A stretch of 64,000 nucleotides of DNA from an uncultured Planctomycetaceae bacterium (GCA_963813715.1 CAWFAK010000012.1:1-64000); one strand, 5' to 3'; positions 33,309 through 44,208 are shown, counted from the stretch's first letter. The notes: generated from the letters alone by a model not told the origin. Program-made: numbers and translations.

Positions 33309-36308
33309 ATGGTCCGTTTCGCGCTTTTCCGGTCCATTTGCCTGTTTTCCCCCGTCTGCTGCCTTTGCGGCGTCGCGTCAGTCTCCGTTGCCCACGCCGC
33401 TGGTAATTCGGCTGCCCCGAAGTCGATTCGGGCAGGGGCTGCGGTCTCCGTCTCCTTTGATGACGCCGATCGCCTCGGGGCCGTCGCCGTGAAGGGCGTG
33501 GCCGAACCGTTTTCGGCGAAGCTCGTCGGCAACCCGAGCCGCGTGCCGAGCCCGTTTTGGAACCAGGCCGGGCACAGCGCCCTGCGGTTCGACGCGGCCA
33601 AACGGCAGTCGGTGCGGTTAATCGACATCCCCTATACCAGCCGCCCCGACGCCGTCACGCTCAGCTTCTTCTTTCTCAGCTTGCACCCGCAGACGGACGC
33701 CGCGCCCCACGGGATTTTGGCCAAGCGATCGCTGGGGCCGCGCGGCACGAACTACGGCATCAACTACGTCCCCGCCAGCGACATCTTCCAGCTGTACGTC
33801 AACGACGGCAGCGGCTTTCGCGTCGCCAGCTACAGCGCCCAGAAAGTTTTGGGCACGCGACGGCTCGTGCACCTGACGGCCACGCTCGAAGTCGACGACC
33901 AGTCGGCCACCGGCAACGATCCCGACCTCGCCGACGTGCGAGCCCGGCTGTTCGTCAACGGCGAGCCGGCCCTGCCGAAGTCCGTCGTCGGTCCCGGGCG
34001 CATCCACAATCGGGACGTCTGGTTCAGCCAGGTGAACACGGCCGGCCTGCTCACCGACGCTCCGCTGACGTTGGGCTGCAGCACGCCCGAGATGGAGTAC
34101 ACGAGCGGCGTGATCGACGAGTTCCTGCTCTTCACGCGGGCGCTGTCCGCTTCGGAAGTCAGCCAACTCTTCCTGGAAATGGCCGGGCCGCACGGCCCCG
34201 AATTGGCCCGCCGCGAGCTGCAGCCGGTCAGGCCGATCGCCGAGCCGCCGGCAATCGCATCGCTCTCGCAGTTCGGTCTGCAGATCGGCCAAACGACGCG
34301 GCTGAGCATCAACGGCGCTCGGCTCGCCGGCAAGCCGCGGATCGATCTGCCGATTCCCGGCGTCAAGCAGACGCTCGTCAAAGGCTCGACCCCGAGTCAC
34401 TTGATGGTCGACATCACCGTGCCGGCCGACGCGCCGCCGGGAATCTATCCGCTCACCGTCTTTACGGCGGGGGGCGTGAGCAACCCGATGGGCATTGCGC
34501 TCGACGGGCTGGCCCAATGGCTGGTCGGCGACAGCACCGAGGATCGGCCCACGTCGCTGCCGGCCGCCTTTTCCGGGCTGATCAGCGGCCCCGGCCAGAG
34601 CCGCGTTTTCTTCCGCGGGCACGCCCACGATCGGCTGGTGGCCGAGGTCGAGGCGCGGCGGATCGGCTCGCGGCTCGACCCCGTGCTGGAACTGAAAACC
34701 GTCTCCGGCTCGACGATCGCCATCGAGTGGGGCAAGGCCTTCTTGCGGGGCGACGCGCGGGCCGAGTTGACGCTGCCGGCCGACGGCAGTTACGTGGTCG
34801 AGCTGCACGACCTGGCGTACAACGCACCGGCCGACAGCCCGTTTCGGTTGCTGCTGGGCGACTTCCGCTCGGTCGACTCGTACTATCCGCCGGTGATCCC
34901 CCGCGGGGCCGATTGGCCGGTCGAGCTGGTGGGCGCAGGCATTCCGCCGGGAACGATGGCCGACGCGAACCTCAAGCACGACGCGGCGGGACTGGCCAAG
35001 CTGCTGCCGCTGCCGCGCGAGCTGCACGCCTCGGGCCCGCTGCCGCCGTTGGGCATCAGCGACGGCATCGAAGTCTTGGAAGTGCCGCAACCGACCGAGC
35101 AACTACAAATGATCGACGCGCGGTTTGCCGACAAACGGCACGAGTCGGTGGCGGTCAACGGCCGGCTGGTGAAAGAAGGCGAGATCGACCGCTATCTGCT
35201 GGCAGTCACCCCCGGCATGCCGCTCACGCTCGCGCTCGACGGCCGCTCGCTCAACTCGCCGGTCGAGGGAGAAATTTCGATCTACGCGCATCCGGACGGG
35301 CGACAGCTCGGCGGCGACGGCGGCACGCCGGGAGCGGCCGCCAAGGGCTTCCAGTTCGCGGTGCCGGCCGACGTCTCTTCGATCGAAGTGGCCGTTCGCG
35401 ATCTGACCGGTCGCGGCGGACGTCACTTCGTCTATCGGCTCCGCATTTCACCGGCGACCGCGCCCGACTTTTCACTGGCCCTGTTGACGACGCAGGTCAA
35501 CATTCCGCAGAACGGCCGCACCATGGTCCGCCTGCAAGTCGACCGCCGCGGCTACGCCGGACCGATCAAGCTCCGCGCGGAAGGGACGGGAGCGGCCGGA
35601 GGCGCGGTCACCATCGCGCCGGCAGAGCTGCCAGCCGACGGCCAAAACCGCACGCTGTTCGTCACGTTCACCTCGAAGGAATCGCAGACCGACGCGGCCG
35701 TGCGGGGACTGCGAATCGTCGGCGAATCGGTCGGGATCAGTCCGGCGATCCGTCGGGCTGCCGTGATCCAAGTTCCCAACCAGGCCGAGCTGTCCGGCTT
35801 CCTCGACCGGGTTCCGGTTGGCGCGCTGGCAGCCTCGCCGCTGGCGGTCGATCTGGCCGCGTTGCCCCGCGAAGTTTACAAGGGCACCCAGGTCGTCTGG
35901 CCCATCGTGCTGACGGCCGCCAGCAAGAAGGCGGTGGGCATCGACCCGGACGCCTGGGTGCGGCTGTCCCTGGTGTCGACGGAAACGGGCCGCCCGGTCG
36001 CGCCCAACAAGCCGCGGTTGAAGCCGCTCGTCGCCGCCCTGCCCGACCAGGCCATGCCGCTGGCCTCGGCCAAAGGCACGCTGAGAGTCGCCGTCCCGGC
36101 TGACGTCGTCGAGCCGACGATCGAATTCGTCGTCAAAGCCGACGTGGTGCGCCACCCGTACGCCGCCGGCGTCCTGGCCACGACCTACTCCGAGCCGTTC
36201 CAGGTCGCGGTGAAAGACAAGCCGGCCCCCGCCCCGCCCGCGGCCAAACCCGCTACTGCCAAAGCCGCGGAAACCAAACCGGCTGCGGCGAAGAAGAAGG
36301 CGGGTTAA
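33309..36308 (+). CDS. Large secreted protein with a LamG-like domain and pre-peptidase C-terminal (PPC)-type repeats
   Basis: Signal peptide; GVIDEFLLFTRALSASEV (LamG-like); EVEARRIGSRLDPVLEL, LPADGSYVVELHDL, VRDLTGRGG..FVYRL. Confidence 0.75.
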   Translation: MVRFALFRSICLFSPVCCLCGVASVSVAHAAGNSAAPKSIRAGAAVSVSFDDADRLGAVAVKGVAEPFSAKLVGNPSRVPSPFWNQAGHSALRFDAAKRQSVRLIDIPYTSRPDAVTLSFFFLSLHPQTDAAPHGILAKRSLGPRGTNYGINYVPASDIFQLYVNDGSGFRVASYSAQKVLGTRRLVHLTATLEVDDQSATGNDPDLADVRARLFVNGEPALPKSVVGPGRIHNRDVWFSQVNTAGLLTDAPLTLGCSTPEMEYTSGVIDEFLLFTRALSASEVSQLFLEMAGPHGPELARRELQPVRPIAEPPAIASLSQFGLQIGQTTRLSINGARLAGKPRIDLPIPGVKQTLVKGSTPSHLMVDITVPADAPPGIYPLTVFTAGGVSNPMGIALDGLAQWLVGDSTEDRPTSLPAAFSGLISGPGQSRVFFRGHAHDRLVAEVEARRIGSRLDPVLELKTVSGSTIAIEWGKAFLRGDARAELTLPADGSYVVELHDLAYNAPADSPFRLLLGDFRSVDSYYPPVIPRGADWPVELVGAGIPPGTMADANLKHDAAGLAKLLPLPRELHASGPLPPLGISDGIEVLEVPQPTEQLQMIDARFADKRHESVAVNGRLVKEGEIDRYLLAVTPGMPLTLALDGRSLNSPVEGEISIYAHPDGRQLGGDGGTPGAAAKGFQFAVPADVSSIEVAVRDLTGRGGRHFVYRLRISPATAPDFSLALLTTQVNIPQNGRTMVRLQVDRRGYAGPIKLRAEGTGAAGGAVTIAPAELPADGQNRTLFVTFTSKESQTDAAVRGLRIVGESVGISPAIRRAAVIQVPNQAELSGFLDRVPVGALAASPLAVDLAALPREVYKGTQVVWPIVLTAASKKAVGIDPDAWVRLSLVSTETGRPVAPNKPRLKPLVAALPDQAMPLASAKGTLRVAVPADVVEPTIEFVVKADVVRHPYAAGVLATTYSEPFQVAVKDKPAPAPPAAKPATAKAAETKPAAAKKKAG

Positions 36309-36570
36309 CGGTCGGCCGCGCGGTCGGCATCATCATTCTGCGCGACATCTTCGTCGCCTTCGACATCTGCTGCGACCGGGCGCCGGTCGGCGCAGACGCT
36401 TCCAACCTCTGAAGCCGCGTGCGGTCTCGCCGTTCCGGCCTTCTTTGCGGGGCACATCAAGCAACCGCAATGCGGAGGTGCTTGGGAACCGAAGAAAGAA
36501 GAGTCGGGTTGCCGTTGGCAGCCCTGCGTTCGCTGATTCCCCAGCCCGCGAAATTCCCGGAGCGAGACCG

Positions 36571-37608
36571 ATGAGGCGTCTGACCCCCGCCGGGGTGAGC
36601 ACGATGATGGTGGTCGTCGTCGGCCTGTTGGTGACGGCCTACTTCGCCAAGTTGATGCGGGCGGAAGACTCCCGCGGCCCAGGCTCTCCCTCGGCTTCAA
36701 CTGTCGAGTTCCGCACCGTGCCCACAGCGGCCGGTCCGCTCGAGCCGGGAACGGTGATCACGAGCGCCCACCTTTCGACGGCCCGCGTCCGCGTCGACGG
36801 CCTCGCGCCCGACGTTCTGCTGCAGGAGCAGAGTGTGCTGGGCCGTACCGTGAAGCAACGGATCGCGGCCGGGTCGTCCCTGCGTGCGAGCCAGCTTTAC
36901 CCGCCGGGCGAAGGTCCGCAGCCAGTCGTCGCGCGGGGCATGCGGGCCGTTTCGATCCCCGTGCCGCGGGGCCTCGCCACGATGAACGGGCTGGTCAAAG
37001 CGGGCCAATACGTCGACGTCTACCTGACGCCGCGGGCCGACGCCGGCGGCGATTCGCGCTTCCGCAACGGCCTGACGCTGACCCTGTTTCGCGGCGTGCG
37101 GTTGCTGTCGGTGGCGCCCGACGCCACGGCGGACGAGGCATCGAGCGCGGTGACGCTCGAGCTGACGCCCGAGCAGGCGACCGTGCTGATCCTGGCCCGC
37201 GAAAAAGGGAGCCTCGCCCTCAGCTACAACCCGGAAGGAAAAGGCGAGAGCGGCGTCGCGCTCAAGAATCGCGATCGGGCCACGCTCGACGAAATCCTGG
37301 GGGTGACTCCGTCCGCCGTCCCGAACCCCCCGGAAGCGTCCGCCACCGGCCATCCGCAACCGACGGCCACCATCACCACCGAAGTCTTCAAAGGGACCGC
37401 CCGCTCGACGCGGCAGTTCGACGTCACCACCAAAGTCGACGCGACCCCCGCGACCGCGACGCCGACCAACACGTGGAGCAACGCGCCCCTCTGGACGCGA
37501 AAAACGCCCGCGCCACGGATGCCAAATCGAAAAGTGCCGAATCCAGACCGGTCGAATCGAGATCCGGAACGCATGGTCATCCTCCCCGATCACGCGAGCA
37601 TCAACTAA
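36571..37608 (+). CDS. cpaB: Flp pilus assembly protein CpaB/RcpC
   Basis: N-terminal TM, SAF-like region, GMRAVSI, G.V..G.YVDV, VTLELTPEQA. Confidence 0.88.
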   Translation: MRRLTPAGVSTMMVVVVGLLVTAYFAKLMRAEDSRGPGSPSASTVEFRTVPTAAGPLEPGTVITSAHLSTARVRVDGLAPDVLLQEQSVLGRTVKQRIAAGSSLRASQLYPPGEGPQPVVARGMRAVSIPVPRGLATMNGLVKAGQYVDVYLTPRADAGGDSRFRNGLTLTLFRGVRLLSVAPDATADEASSAVTLELTPEQATVLILAREKGSLALSYNPEGKGESGVALKNRDRATLDEILGVTPSAVPNPPEASATGHPQPTATITTEVFKGTARSTRQFDVTTKVDATPATATPTNTWSNAPLWTRKTPAPRMPNRKVPNPDRSNRDPERMVILPDHASIN

Positions 37609-37642
37609 TCCGCCATTTTGTTCTCGAAGGCCACTCACACCC

Positions 37643-39001
37643 ATGATCGGTTTTGGTCCGCGCGTGCGAATCGACGACCCCAAATCGTTCCAGAAACTCA
37701 AAACAGTGCTCGAGCGCCGCGTCGTTGAGGCAATCGACCTGTCCCGCGTGCCGGCAATGGCCGAGGGCGCGCTCCGCGAGCAGGTTAAAGCCCTCGCCAC
37801 GCACGTGTGCGCGTCCGAATCGCTCGGCCTGCCCGACGAGCTCCGCGAGCCGATGGTCCGCGAGATCCTCGACGAAATCTACGGCTACGGCCCGCTGGCG
37901 GGGCTGATGAATGACCCGTCGGTGAGCGACATCCTGGTGAATGGGCCGGACGACGTCAGCGTCGAGCGCGACGGCGTGCTCGAAGAAACCGACGTCCGTT
38001 TCGCCGACGAAGCCCATCTGCTGCAACTGATCGAGCGGCTCGTGCGGCGGGCCGGTCGGCGGATTAGCGAGCGCTCGCCCGTCGTCGAAGCGCGGCTTCC
38101 CGACGGCAGCCTGCTCAACGCCATCATCATGCCGCTGGCGTTCCGCGGTCCCATGCTGTCGCTGCGCCGCTCGGCGCGAAGTGCCTGCGGCTCGAGGACC
38201 TGTTGCGGCGCGGCTACGCTCGCGCCCGAAATGGCCGACTTCCTCGCCGCGGCGGTCGGCGGCCGGCTCAGCGTGCTGATTTCCGGCGGCGCCGGGGCGG
38301 GCAAGACGACCCTGTTGGGCAGCCTGGCGCGGCTGATTCCGGAACGCGAACGGATTGTCACGATCGAAGAGACGGCTGAGCTGAATCTGGAGCGGTCGGG
38401 CGTCGTTTCGCTCGAGACGCGCCCGGCCGGTGCAAACAGCGGCAACGGCGCGACTTCGCGAGTCCCCGTCACGCTCCGGGAAATTCTGCGGAGCGGACTG
38501 CGGATGCAGCCCGACCGGCTGATCATCGGCGAAGCGCGGGGCAGCGAAGTCGTCGACCTCCTGCACGCGATGAGCACCGGGCACGCCGGCTCGATGATCA
38601 CGGTGAACGCGATCGGCACGCGGGACGCGCTCGAACGCATTGAGCTGATGACGGTCGGCACGGGCTTCCAGCCCCTGCTCACCGGCTTGCAGCACCAAAT
38701 TGCCGCCGCCTTCCAGATCCTGGTGCACGTCAACCGCCTTCCCACCGGTGAGCGGAAAGTCGTGCGAATCGCCGAGCTGTGCGGCTACTTCGACGGCAGC
38801 TACGTGCTCGAAGACATTTTCGTTTACCGCGCGGCGGGGACCGACGACGCCGGCCACGCGCTGGGCACGTTCTACGCCACGGGTTACGAGCCGGTGTGCG
38901 TGCCGCAACTGGCCTCGCTCGGCCACGCGTTTGACGGCGAGCTCTTCGCCCCCCGCGAGTTGAGCGCCGCCGGCCCGACGCGCGTTCCCGTTCACAACTA
39001 G
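37643..39001 (+). CDS. cpaF: CpaF/TadA secretion ATPase
   Basis: DILVNG, ARLPDGS, GGAGAGKTT, TIEETAEL, LRMQPDRLIIGEARG. Confidence 0.92.
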   Translation: MIGFGPRVRIDDPKSFQKLKTVLERRVVEAIDLSRVPAMAEGALREQVKALATHVCASESLGLPDELREPMVREILDEIYGYGPLAGLMNDPSVSDILVNGPDDVSVERDGVLEETDVRFADEAHLLQLIERLVRRAGRRISERSPVVEARLPDGSLLNAIIMPLAFRGPMLSLRRSARSACGSRTCCGAATLAPEMADFLAAAVGGRLSVLISGGAGAGKTTLLGSLARLIPERERIVTIEETAELNLERSGVVSLETRPAGANSGNGATSRVPVTLREILRSGLRMQPDRLIIGEARGSEVVDLLHAMSTGHAGSMITVNAIGTRDALERIELMTVGTGFQPLLTGLQHQIAAAFQILVHVNRLPTGERKVVRIAELCGYFDGSYVLEDIFVYRAAGTDDAGHALGTFYATGYEPVCVPQLASLGHAFDGELFAPRELSAAGPTRVPVHN

Positions 39002-39011
39002 AAACAATTCT

Positions 39012-39044
39012 GGGTGGCACTGGCGGCTCGCCCGCCAGTGTCTT
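39012..39044. repeat. REP family A copy inside the tad module
   Basis: gggtggcactggcggctcgcccgccagtgtctt. Confidence 0.85.
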
Positions 39045-39079
39045 GGCACGTGCGACATCACGAAGGTTCCTGAAGCGTC

Positions 39080-39965
39080 ATGACGTCGAGTAGCACCGTC
39101 TCCGAGCTTCGCATCGAGCCGCAGCCGGAATTCGCCCAAATCCTGCGGGACGAGCCATTCGCTGCGCCGAGCAATCCCGCGCAGCGCACGGCCAAGTCGA
39201 TAGCGGCGAACGGATCAATCGGGCCTTTGACCGCTTGCTCGTACAGTCCGGAACGCGTCTGTCGGGCGGCGTCGTGCTTCGGCTCTGTCTGCTGACGGCG
39301 GTCGCGGCCGGCGGTGCGGTCTTCGTCGTCTCGGAGAACCTCCTGGCAACGGCGGTGGCAACTAGTGTTGGGGCGATCGTCCCGGTGGCGGCGCTAGCGA
39401 TTCGCCGGGCGCGGCGGCGGTCCCGCCTGGCTGAGCAATTTGCCACGCTTGGCGAACAGATTCTCCGCGCCACGCGTGTCGGAAGTCGATTGGAACCGAG
39501 CCTGGAACAGGTCGCCACTCGCATCGAGGCGCCGCTGGGCGACGAGTTGCGCTTGGCATTGCGGCGCCGGCAACTGGGCATGGCGCTCGCCGAGGCGCTC
39601 GCTGAACTGCCGGGCGCACGGGGCTGTCCGAGGCACAGGTCTTGGTGACCGCGCTGCGGCTTGCCGAGCGGCGGGGCGGAGACCTCGCCCCCGCCTTGGA
39701 GACATTCGCCGAGTCGCTCCGCAATCGGGCCCGGCAAGCCCGCGGCCAGCGGGACGAGACGATTGCCGACTGGGCCTCGGGCGTGCTGGTCTTCTTGTTG
39801 CAAGCGCTCGTGGTCTGGCTCTTCGTGATGGCCGATCCGCAACAACTCGCACGCCTGGCCGATTCGCGCTCGAGCCTCGCGCTGACGGCAGCCGCTGGGG
39901 CCATCCTGATCGCTGGCTGGTACTGCGTCCTGCGTCTGTCGGCCAACCGCCGGAGCGCGACATGA
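39080..39965 (+). CDS. tadB: TadB-like (T2SS F domain) membrane protein; frameshifted
   Basis: PLGDEL, RRGGDLAPALE, TM segments; follows cpaF. Confidence 0.75.
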
Positions 39966-40693
39966 TTCGACCCGTCGAGCCACCCGACGCACCACTGTCG
40001 CCGCCCGCGCGCCTCGGCCGCGCGGTCTGGAGCCCGTCGGACACGCTCGAACGGCTGTCCGATCAGCCGAATGAAAAGCTGAAATTGGCAGCGGTCGGCC
40101 GCGAAGATTCGACGCTCGCCCACGTCACCCACTGCCTGGCCGAGGCCCTGCCGGAGACCGACGCGCGGATCACCCGAATCCAAGCCACGCTGCGACGAGC
40201 CGGGCAGTACGAACCGCTCGCCTATCAGAAATTGGCCGCAGTTCGTTACGTCGGCATGCTGGCGTCGCTTGTCGTGTTTGGCACACTGACAATCATCGCC
40301 TCGCCAGCAGCAGAGCCTTGGTGCGTGGCGGGCCTGTCACTTGGCATGCTGACCAGTTGGCGGCTACCGCTCTGGCGACTCCAGTGGCGGGCAGCGCGAC
40401 GGATCGACGCGATCGAACGGGCCCTTCCCGACTTCACCGATCTGATAGCGGTCTGCCTGGGCCAAGGCTTGTCCGTGCAGTCCACGCTCGAAACGGCCGG
40501 TCGCGAGCTATCGCCGATTCATCCCGAACTCGCCGACGAACTGGTCATCGTCTGCCGCCAGGCCGAACTCGGCTCAGTCGAGTCGGCTCTCGAAGACTTT
40601 GAGACGCGGATCGATCTGCCGGAAATCCGCGCGCTCGTCACGCGTCTCATGGCCGCCGACTTGGACACTACGGAAAGCACGAAGCACAACTGA
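39962..40693 (+). CDS. tadC: TadC-like (T2SS F domain) protein, short at the C-terminus
   Basis: LRRAG, IERALPDFTDLIAVCLGQGLS, LADEL; ATGA overlap with tadB. Confidence 0.78.
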   Translation: MIRPVEPPDAPLSPPARLGRAVWSPSDTLERLSDQPNEKLKLAAVGREDSTLAHVTHCLAEALPETDARITRIQATLRRAGQYEPLAYQKLAAVRYVGMLASLVVFGTLTIIASPAAEPWCVAGLSLGMLTSWRLPLWRLQWRAARRIDAIERALPDFTDLIAVCLGQGLSVQSTLETAGRELSPIHPELADELVIVCRQAELGSVESALEDFETRIDLPEIRALVTRLMAADLDTTESTKHN

Positions 40694-40786
40694 CGAAACA
40701 GACCCGAAGCACGAACAAAAACTCATTCGGGCTTCGGTCATTTGAACATTCTTTCGTCATTCGGGCTCGAGTCATTCGAGCCCTGG

Positions 40787-42409
40787 TCACTCGTGCGGCT
40801 TCCCATCCCGCAGCATCTCAGTCGCCGCGTTCTTGCCGCAGGCGCCGATCACGCCGCCGCCCGGGTGGGCCGCGCTGCCGCACAAGTACAGTCCCGCGAG
40901 CGGCGTGCGGTAATCGCTGTAGCCGGCCACCGGTCGCAAGTTGAAAAGTTGGTGCAGCGGCATGGCTCCCTGGAAGATGTTGCCGCCGGTGAGGCCGAAG
41001 ATCCGCTCGAGGTCGAGCGGGCTCAGCACTTGGCGATGGACGATCGAGGCGGGAACGTTGGGCGCGTGCCGGGCGATTTCGGCGATGCAGCGGTCGGCGA
41101 ATTCTTCCTTGATTTCGTCCCACGTCCCCGAGGCCAGCTTGTAGGGCGCGTATTGCACGAAGAGCGAGAGGATATGGTGGCCGGGGGGCGCGATGGTGCG
41201 ATCGACCGACGTCGGAATGGTCATCTCGACGATTGGCCGCTGCGAAGGCTGGCCGTACTTGGCGTCGTCGTAGGCCCGTTCGAGGTGCTCGAGCGTGCAG
41301 CCGATGTGGATCGTCCCCCGATGCTGCGGGCCGACCTCGCCGTTGCCGGGCAGGCAGGTGAAGTTTGGCAGCTCGCGGACGGCCAGATTGATCTTCATGC
41401 TGGCGCTCGAGTAGTCGATCCGCTTCACGGCCTCCAAAAATGGGGCCGGCAGCAGGGCCGGATCGAGGAGCCGCTCGAACGTGAGGTGCGCGTCGACATT
41501 CGAGGCGACGCGGCGGGCCGTGAAATGTCGACCGTCGAGCAGCCCGACGCCGACCGCTTTCCCCGCCTCGACATCGATCTTCGCGACCGGCGCATCGGTG
41601 AGAATCTCGACGCCGCGCTGCCGAGCGGCGGCGGCCAGTGCGTTCGAGAGCGCGCCCATCCCCCCTTCGACGTAGCCCCACACGCCGCGGGCTCCCCCGG
41701 AGGAGCCCATCACATGATGCAAGAGCACGTAGGAGGTGCCCGGCGCGGAGATCGGTTGGAACGTGCCGATGATGGCGTCGGTGGCGAGCGTCGCTTTGAG
41801 TGCGTCCGACTCGAACCAGCGGTCGAGGATCGTGCGGCCCGAGCCGACCAACAGCTCGATCGCTTCCGGCAAGCGGTCACCCAACTGTTTGAATGCGCGA
41901 TAAACGCCCAGCGCCTGCCGAGCGTCGCGAATTCGCTTGCCCAGGCCGATCGACCGCCACGCCGCGGGCAACGGCAGCAAATCCGGCGGCGTGGCGCTGA
42001 GCACGGGCTCCAAACAGTCGGCCACGCGGGTCAGCAGCTCTTCGTAGCGTGGATAGGCCTCGGCATCCCGAGGGGAGAACTTGCCGATCTCCCGGCGATT
42101 GAGTTCGGGATCGCTGCCCATCATCAAGTAGCGACCGTCGTCCAGCGGTGTGAACGACGAGGGCGACCGCTTGAGGACGCGATAGCCGTGCCGCGCGAGT
42201 TCCAGGTCGCGTTCGATCTCCGGCAACAAGAGCGAGACGACGTACGACGCGGTCGAGACTTTGTAGCCGGGCCACGGCTCCTCGGTCACGCACGCACCGC
42301 CGACGACGGATCGCCGCTCGAGGACCAGCACCTTCCAGCCGGCCTGCGCGAGATAATTGGCGCACACAAGGCCGTTGTGCCCGGCTCCGATCACGATGCA
42401 GTCGTACAT
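40787..42409 (-). CDS. Phytoene-dehydrogenase-like FAD oxidoreductase
   Basis: IGAGHNGL, GGACVTEE, GGMGA, SPLDLE..FGLTGGNIFQG, GLYLCGSAAHPGGGV. Confidence 0.9.
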   Translation of the reverse strand: MYDCIVIGAGHNGLVCANYLAQAGWKVLVLERRSVVGGACVTEEPWPGYKVSTASYVVSLLLPEIERDLELARHGYRVLKRSPSSFTPLDDGRYLMMGSDPELNRREIGKFSPRDAEAYPRYEELLTRVADCLEPVLSATPPDLLPLPAAWRSIGLGKRIRDARQALGVYRAFKQLGDRLPEAIELLVGSGRTILDRWFESDALKATLATDAIIGTFQPISAPGTSYVLLHHVMGSSGGARGVWGYVEGGMGALSNALAAAARQRGVEILTDAPVAKIDVEAGKAVGVGLLDGRHFTARRVASNVDAHLTFERLLDPALLPAPFLEAVKRIDYSSASMKINLAVRELPNFTCLPGNGEVGPQHRGTIHIGCTLEHLERAYDDAKYGQPSQRPIVEMTIPTSVDRTIAPPGHHILSLFVQYAPYKLASGTWDEIKEEFADRCIAEIARHAPNVPASIVHRQVLSPLDLERIFGLTGGNIFQGAMPLHQLFNLRPVAGYSDYRTPLAGLYLCGSAAHPGGGVIGACGKNAATEMLRDGKPHE

Positions 42410-42541
42410 GAGGAACAGTTTCTCCGCGGCCCGATGACGGAGTTTAGCGGGAGGGCGAGGCTTCTGCCGAGTCTTTTCAGAGAGGAAAAGAGATTCGGCT
42501 CAAGCGGGGGCCGTGTCCCAGATGCCGAGCGACGTGTCGCG

Positions 42542-43867
42542 TCAGACCGTCGGCAGCGTCCAGGGGCTGCGATAGGCCCGCGAGAGCAGCAGGTCGGCAT
42601 CGCGATCGCCCGTCACCGTCCGCGTGGCCGGGTCGAAGGCGACCTCGCGACCGACGCGATAGGCGATGTTGCCCAGGTGACACAGGGCGCTCGAGATATG
42701 GCCCGTTTCGATGTCGGCTACGGGCTGCGAGCGGCTCTTGATGCAGTCGACGAAGTTCCGCAGGTGGGCGATCGGCTGCTCGCTGGTGTCGGACGCGATC
42801 GTCTCGCTCTGGTCGTAGACCTTCCAGCCGCCGCGGTCGACGACGAGCGTGCCCGCGTCGCCGTAGAAGGCGGCCGCCGCGCTGCGCCCCTCGACGCCGT
42901 GCGTGCTCCAGAGCCGGTGCTCCCAGACGATGGTCGCGCCGGGATAGGCGTACTGGACCATCAGCGTGTCGGGCGTTTCCTGGTCGTCGTTGAAGTGGAA
43001 GCGGCCGCCGACCGCCGAGACGCGGGTGGGCAGTTCGACGCCCAGTCCCCAGCGGGCCACGTCGAGCATGTGGCAACCCCAGTTCCCCAACTCGCCCGTG
43101 CCGTAATCCCAGAACCAGTGCCAGTTGTAATGAAAGCGATTGGCGTTAAACGCCCGCAGCGGAGCCGGGCCGAGCCACATCTCGTAGTTCACGCCTTCGG
43201 GCGCCGCGGCGTCCCGCTTGCTGCCGATCGGCTTGCGGCGGTGGACGGTCCAGGCCTTGGCCAGGTGCACGGCGCCGAGCCGGCCACTCTTCACAAAGTC
43301 GACGGCGCTTTGAAAGTGCTTGCCACTGCGCTGCTGCAAGCCAGACTGCACGACGCGATTGTGCCGCCGCGCCGCGGCGACCATCTCTTCACCCTCGCGG
43401 ACGTTGTGCGAGACGGGCTTTTCGACGTAGACGTCTTTGCCGGCGTCGCACGCCAAGAGCGTCATCGGCGCGTGCCAGTGGTCGGGCGTGGCGATCACCA
43501 CGGCGTCGATCGTGCGGTCGTCGAGCAGGCGGCGGAAGTCGGATTCCCAACGCGGCACTCGGCCGGTGACGTCTGCCACGGCACGAACGGCAGCCGGCCG
43601 CAGGCTTTCGTCGACGTCGCAGAGGGCGACCACTTCGACATCCGACAGCGAGGCGAGTCCGGCCGACAGCACCTTGCCTTGGTTGCGGACGCCAATCGTC
43701 GCGACGCGGACCCGTTCGGACGGCGCACGATCGGCAGGGGCCGCCTTGAGCGCCGCGGCGCCGGCCAGGCCGACCATGCCCACCGCCACTCCGGCGGCAT
43801 TCTTGGCGCTCGACCCCAAAAACTGCCGGCGGCTGACTTCGTGCTTCAAGAACTGGTCAACGTTCAT
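42542..43867 (-). CDS. Gfo/Idh/MocA oxidoreductase (Tat signal)
   Basis: SRRQFL, IATPDHWH, VYVEKP, NWHWFWDYGTG. Confidence 0.93.
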   Translation of the reverse strand: MNVDQFLKHEVSRRQFLGSSAKNAAGVAVGMVGLAGAAALKAAPADRAPSERVRVATIGVRNQGKVLSAGLASLSDVEVVALCDVDESLRPAAVRAVADVTGRVPRWESDFRRLLDDRTIDAVVIATPDHWHAPMTLLACDAGKDVYVEKPVSHNVREGEEMVAAARRHNRVVQSGLQQRSGKHFQSAVDFVKSGRLGAVHLAKAWTVHRRKPIGSKRDAAAPEGVNYEMWLGPAPLRAFNANRFHYNWHWFWDYGTGELGNWGCHMLDVARWGLGVELPTRVSAVGGRFHFNDDQETPDTLMVQYAYPGATIVWEHRLWSTHGVEGRSAAAAFYGDAGTLVVDRGGWKVYDQSETIASDTSEQPIAHLRNFVDCIKSRSQPVADIETGHISSALCHLGNIAYRVGREVAFDPATRTVTGDRDADLLLSRAYRSPWTLPTV

Positions 43868-44208
43868 GCGACTTCCGCACGCGTGAAAGAGAACCTCTCC
43901 GCCCTCATTCTACCCCGAACGCCGGGAACAAGAAACGTCGCAGTTTGTTGACTTCGCCCGAATTGCCGGGGAAATTGTGCGTGCGACGGGCGTTTCGGCG
44001 ACAAGGACTAAACAGTCTTCGCGGCGCAAATCACTGAGCCGAGGGCGTGAGTCCTCGGAGAGCCAGCGGCAAAGCGACCTCGTAGACGTTTGTTTTGACA
44101 GATTCGGCCAGCTCACACTGACTGCTCGGGGTCACTGCCGCTCGTCAGATGACGAACCGGGCGAAACACGAGATCAAATCATCCCCGACGAGTTGCACGC
44201 GCAAACAA

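Noticed and set aside
40742..43951. 1069-aa plus-strand ORF, and similar long ORFs such as 33557..36103, 51681..53723 and 14941..16416
   Set aside because: These are antisense or alternate-frame shadows of well-supported genes, expected in high-GC sequence, with no recognisable motifs.
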